Shown one piece after another: positions 61,001 through 64,000 of a DNA stretch of 64,000 nucleotides (positions are counted from its first letter, which is position 1; every line of letters begins with the position of its first letter). The stretch comes from Marsupella aquatica. Lineage: Eukaryota; Plantae; Marchantiophyta. The notes beneath the pieces were generated by a model that was not told the origin of the DNA, did not search any database, and saw only the letters and a program-made list of their open reading frames with translations. The translations under genes were made by a program, and so were the position numbers. The stretch is taken from positions 15,965,037 to 16,029,036 of the forward strand of contig OZ316891.1 in the NCBI GenBank assembly GCA_973895155.1. The letters run 5' to 3'.

Positions 61001-63055
61001 CTGCATCCATAGTCCGGCTAGGGGTATTCTCATTACTTATTGATTGGCAAACAATTTCCCTGCTATGCATAGGAGAATGTGTAGGAACTTCTAATGAAGC
61101 ATCCTCCATAGGAACATCAGCATTCTCCTCAACGTTCTGATCATTCAAATTCAATGGGGTAACATGTACAATGTCTTCCATGGGAATTTCTTCTTCAATA
61201 CCCAGGTCAATTAGGAGTAACCCCCTCTCTGTCTCTTCCTCAAGATGTAAACAGTCATGGGCATAATAGAGTTGAGAGAGATAATTCTGCAAGCAAGTGG
61301 TCCTCCCTGATTCCAAGCTCCTTACTTGATCCTTCATTACATTAAACAGAAGTAGGGCCCAATTTACTTTTATAGCTCCACTGTGAGCAGCTACAATGGT
61401 GTTAGCCAAGGCCACAGGGCAGAGGGTTGGCTTTTTCGGATGAAGAATGGGTACCAGAAATTCCATGAGCACTCTCAATTCAGGATAAGTACACTGGGAC
61501 AAGTTCCAGCCATTTTTGAGATTTCGAGTTCCTGAGAAGTATGGAGTAGATAAGTCTTGCTTCTTGGAATATAATGCCTCTCCTTCTGACGGGCATCCAA
61601 AGGCATAAGCAATTTGCTCAACAGTCCACAGGCTGGGGTGAGCTCGAATTGTTCGCTTGAATTCAATCGGGATGATAGTCCCCTTTACAAAATCTTTCAA
61701 GTAGGAGTCGAGCTCGACATTCCAGGGAATCTTGAGTAAGCGTTCCAATCCTAAGTGCTATAAAGAGTCTTGTAAATTAGAAAGACTATCAAGCGCTCGT
61801 GGTATACAAGCTGCCACTACTTTTGAGACTGCTAGAGCTTCAATTTGATATTGTTCCTTAGCACCCAGGTTCGCCATAGCTGCAACGATAATTTGCGTGC
61901 TGCAAAGATTACTTTTGAAGGGAAAGAGCAAGTGAATAGGGGTGGTGAAGAGATAAGAGTGAGCACCTGAACTCTGTGCTTGGTTCCTATCAAGGCATGA
62001 AGTCCCTGTTCCGTTGCTAAGTCCCGTTGCGAAGTTAGCCGTAGCGCCTTAACGTGAACTTTCCTTAAACGCGTAAGGCATAAACCATAATCCCATATCG
62101 GCGTAAACTCGTAACATCGTAAACCCGTAAACCCGTAACACTTATACGCATAAATGCGTAATCCCGTTATAAAGTATACCCGTAGTTTACACTTGGCACT
62201 TTAACAGCAACAGCAGGCTTAAACACTGTAAAAAGTTTAAATTTTTCAGTAATTTCAGGTTTTCGGTATTACCCAATACTCACAACACAAGCTCTCCCTA
62301 TCTCTCAACTAGCTCCATAACAATGAGCCTAAGTTCCACCAGGGTTTGGCATCAGCCCTGGCTATATACACAATAGCACTACCGCTAACAATAGCTAAGT
62401 CCTAACCCGAGTTAGCCTAACTATAGTTAGCTCATGAGTCACAAGACTAGAGCAATATCTAACAAAATCCCCCTTGACTCTTGTCCTGGGGACTGGACTA
62501 ATTGCTACCATATGGAATCCTCAACGGGAAGTTCTAGACAATCACCAAACCAGGTCTCCCCCTAAAAACCACAAGGGTTAACTAAGGGTTAACTAGAACT
62601 AAGCCGTAGCCAAACATGAATGAGTAATCCATATACAAATAGTCATACATTGCTAAATAACTCTACTTGCACTACAACTGCAAAACCTGCAAAGTAGCAC
62701 GGTGTCTTGAGAAACTCTCCAAAGGAATTACTTTGGTAAAGGCATCAACGGGATTAAGCTTTCCATCAATCTTGACTAGCTCAAAAGTTTTATCAGATAC
62801 TACTTGCCTGATAAAATGGTACCTGATATCAATGTGCTTCACCCTGCTATCCATCACCTGGTTAGCAGCCAAGTGAAGAGCACTCTGACTATCACAATTT
62901 AGAGTCATTTTTCCATGCTCTAAACCCATCTCCGCGATCAACTTGTCCAACCAAATTGCTTCCTTTGCTGCTTCTGCTACTGTAACATACTCTGCTTCTG
63001 TAGTAGACTGAGATATACACTTCTGCAAGGTAGATTTCCAGCTGATAGTTCCTTT
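58100..63055 (-). mobile_element. Ty1/copia 3' end: RNase H, PPT, LTR 5' part (62271-62464) and LTR 3' part (58100-~58320), separated by ~4 kb containing an ORF
   Basis: STTEAEY..AAKEAIWL..CDSQSALHLA..RVKHIDIRYHF (62672-63028). PPT GAGTCAAGGGGGA then TGTTAG at 62464. Copia U5-like GTGGACGTAGCC...GAACCACGTA...CTCAACA ending at 58100. Confidence 0.75.
59508..61877 (-). pseudogene. ~790-codon accessory ORF related to the gypsy LTR-internal ORF, with three in-frame TAG stops
   Basis: ATG 61877. Segments 60342-61748, 59817-60215 and 59508-59723 are in one frame. GLERLLKIPW..DFV..WTVEQIAYAFGCP..NGW..C.YPEL..NWA aligns by eye with the 50634 ORF. Confidence 0.6.
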
Positions 63056-63059
63056 GATA

Positions 63060-64000
63060 GGGCTTACCAGATTGAAGCCCTAGAAGAAGCTCGACTACTA
63101 GCAACCAGGCATGCGGGTAAGCAGCAGGCAGCTTCCAAGAAGCAGCACGATAAGGGACTACGGAAGGTCGACGTCATGACGGGCGATCTAGTCCTGTTTT
63201 ACGATAGTAGGTACATGAAATTTCCTGGGAAGCTTCATACCCAATGGTTAGGGCCTTTTCTAGTCAATCAGATCTACCCTAACGGATCTTTGGGACTCGT
63301 GACGTACGCCGGCGATTTACTCCCCACGCAAGTCAGTTACGATCGTGTGAAGAAGTATCACCATCAAGACGACGACACCGATAGTGATGTTCGCGAGGAC
63401 GCTTCACAATTAAGCGGGGAGCTATGTGACGCTGCCGGTACGGTGGGTAATAAGTGATTTGGCCTAACCATGCTTAGCACGCCTGTTAGGGGTATGTTAG
63501 GCCATAATTATTAGAGTAACGACAGTATTTAGGTAGCCATTATGAGTAAGAAATCATTAGTCAATAAGGGGCATTCGTGTTCGGGCCGGCGGCGGGTCGC
63601 CATTCGCACGCCCGGGTTGCGAGCGTGTAATGGGCCCCTTCCTTGGATCCGTATAACAAACTCCGGGAGGCGGCCACTGACACATGCTGACCCGGACTGG
63701 TGGAGTGGCCGATACACTGCAAGCATGAAAGGCTCGGCCCATAAGCAACAAGGAGGCGTTGGGCGACTGACGAGCTCTTAGGATATAAAAGGGGGCCGAT
63801 CCTTTGCAGTGCACCAGTTCTTCAGTCCACGCGCTAGCTACGATCCCAGTCCTCTCGACCATCCTTAGTCACCTTCTATCTCCCCTGAATGTCGCACACG
63901 ATCCATTCTAGTTTGGCCTTGCGATTCTGGACGCAATTCTTGTCTAGCGAGCTGCACTTGGCCGACTCATTAAAACACGCCAACCCGCGATGATACAAGA
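63060..64000 (+). mobile_element. Third copy of the non-chromoviral gypsy: integrase C-terminus, PPT and LTR start (63425)
   Basis: Near-identical to 48900-49840 (GDLVLFYDSR..WLGPF..SQLSGELCDAAGT). TATA-like GGATATAAAAG at 63781. Confidence 0.9.

Overview
Repeat-saturated eukaryotic DNA, probably from a land plant and possibly a non-seed plant (inference from the TE lineages and GT-AG introns). No intact host gene was recognised. The flanks (1-18.8 kb and 47.3-64 kb) are nested, decayed LTR retrotransposons: a non-chromoviral Ty3/gypsy with ~4-kb ORF-containing LTRs, a chromovirus with AGT...ACT LTR ends (two solo LTRs with 5-bp TSDs) and two Ty1/copia remnants. The centre (18.8-47.2 kb, plus 53.3-53.8 kb) is the notable part. 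Three nested or fused copies of a Mutator-like (MULE) DNA transposon (family A) each carry a GCM/DDE/SWIM transposase. Copies A2 and A3 also carry a divergently transcribed gene fusing a ParB/Srx-like domain to a beta-class N4C/N6A DNA-methyltransferase-like fold. About 30 copies of a 15-bp palindrome, TAGCGCC-N-GGCGCTA, sit in the introns, divergent promoters and subterminal regions of these elements. An adjacent, divergent multi-exon gene (B) encodes ParB-like, MTase-like, acidic/EAEKA, Ulp1 SUMO-protease and FCP1-like phosphatase regions, and has its own intronic palindrome, ACGCGAC-NN-GTCGCGT. This looks like a transposon-encoded, family-specific ParB/parS-like self-recognition (possibly anti-silencing) system. 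Domain calls are by eye from motifs, and the function is a hypothesis.
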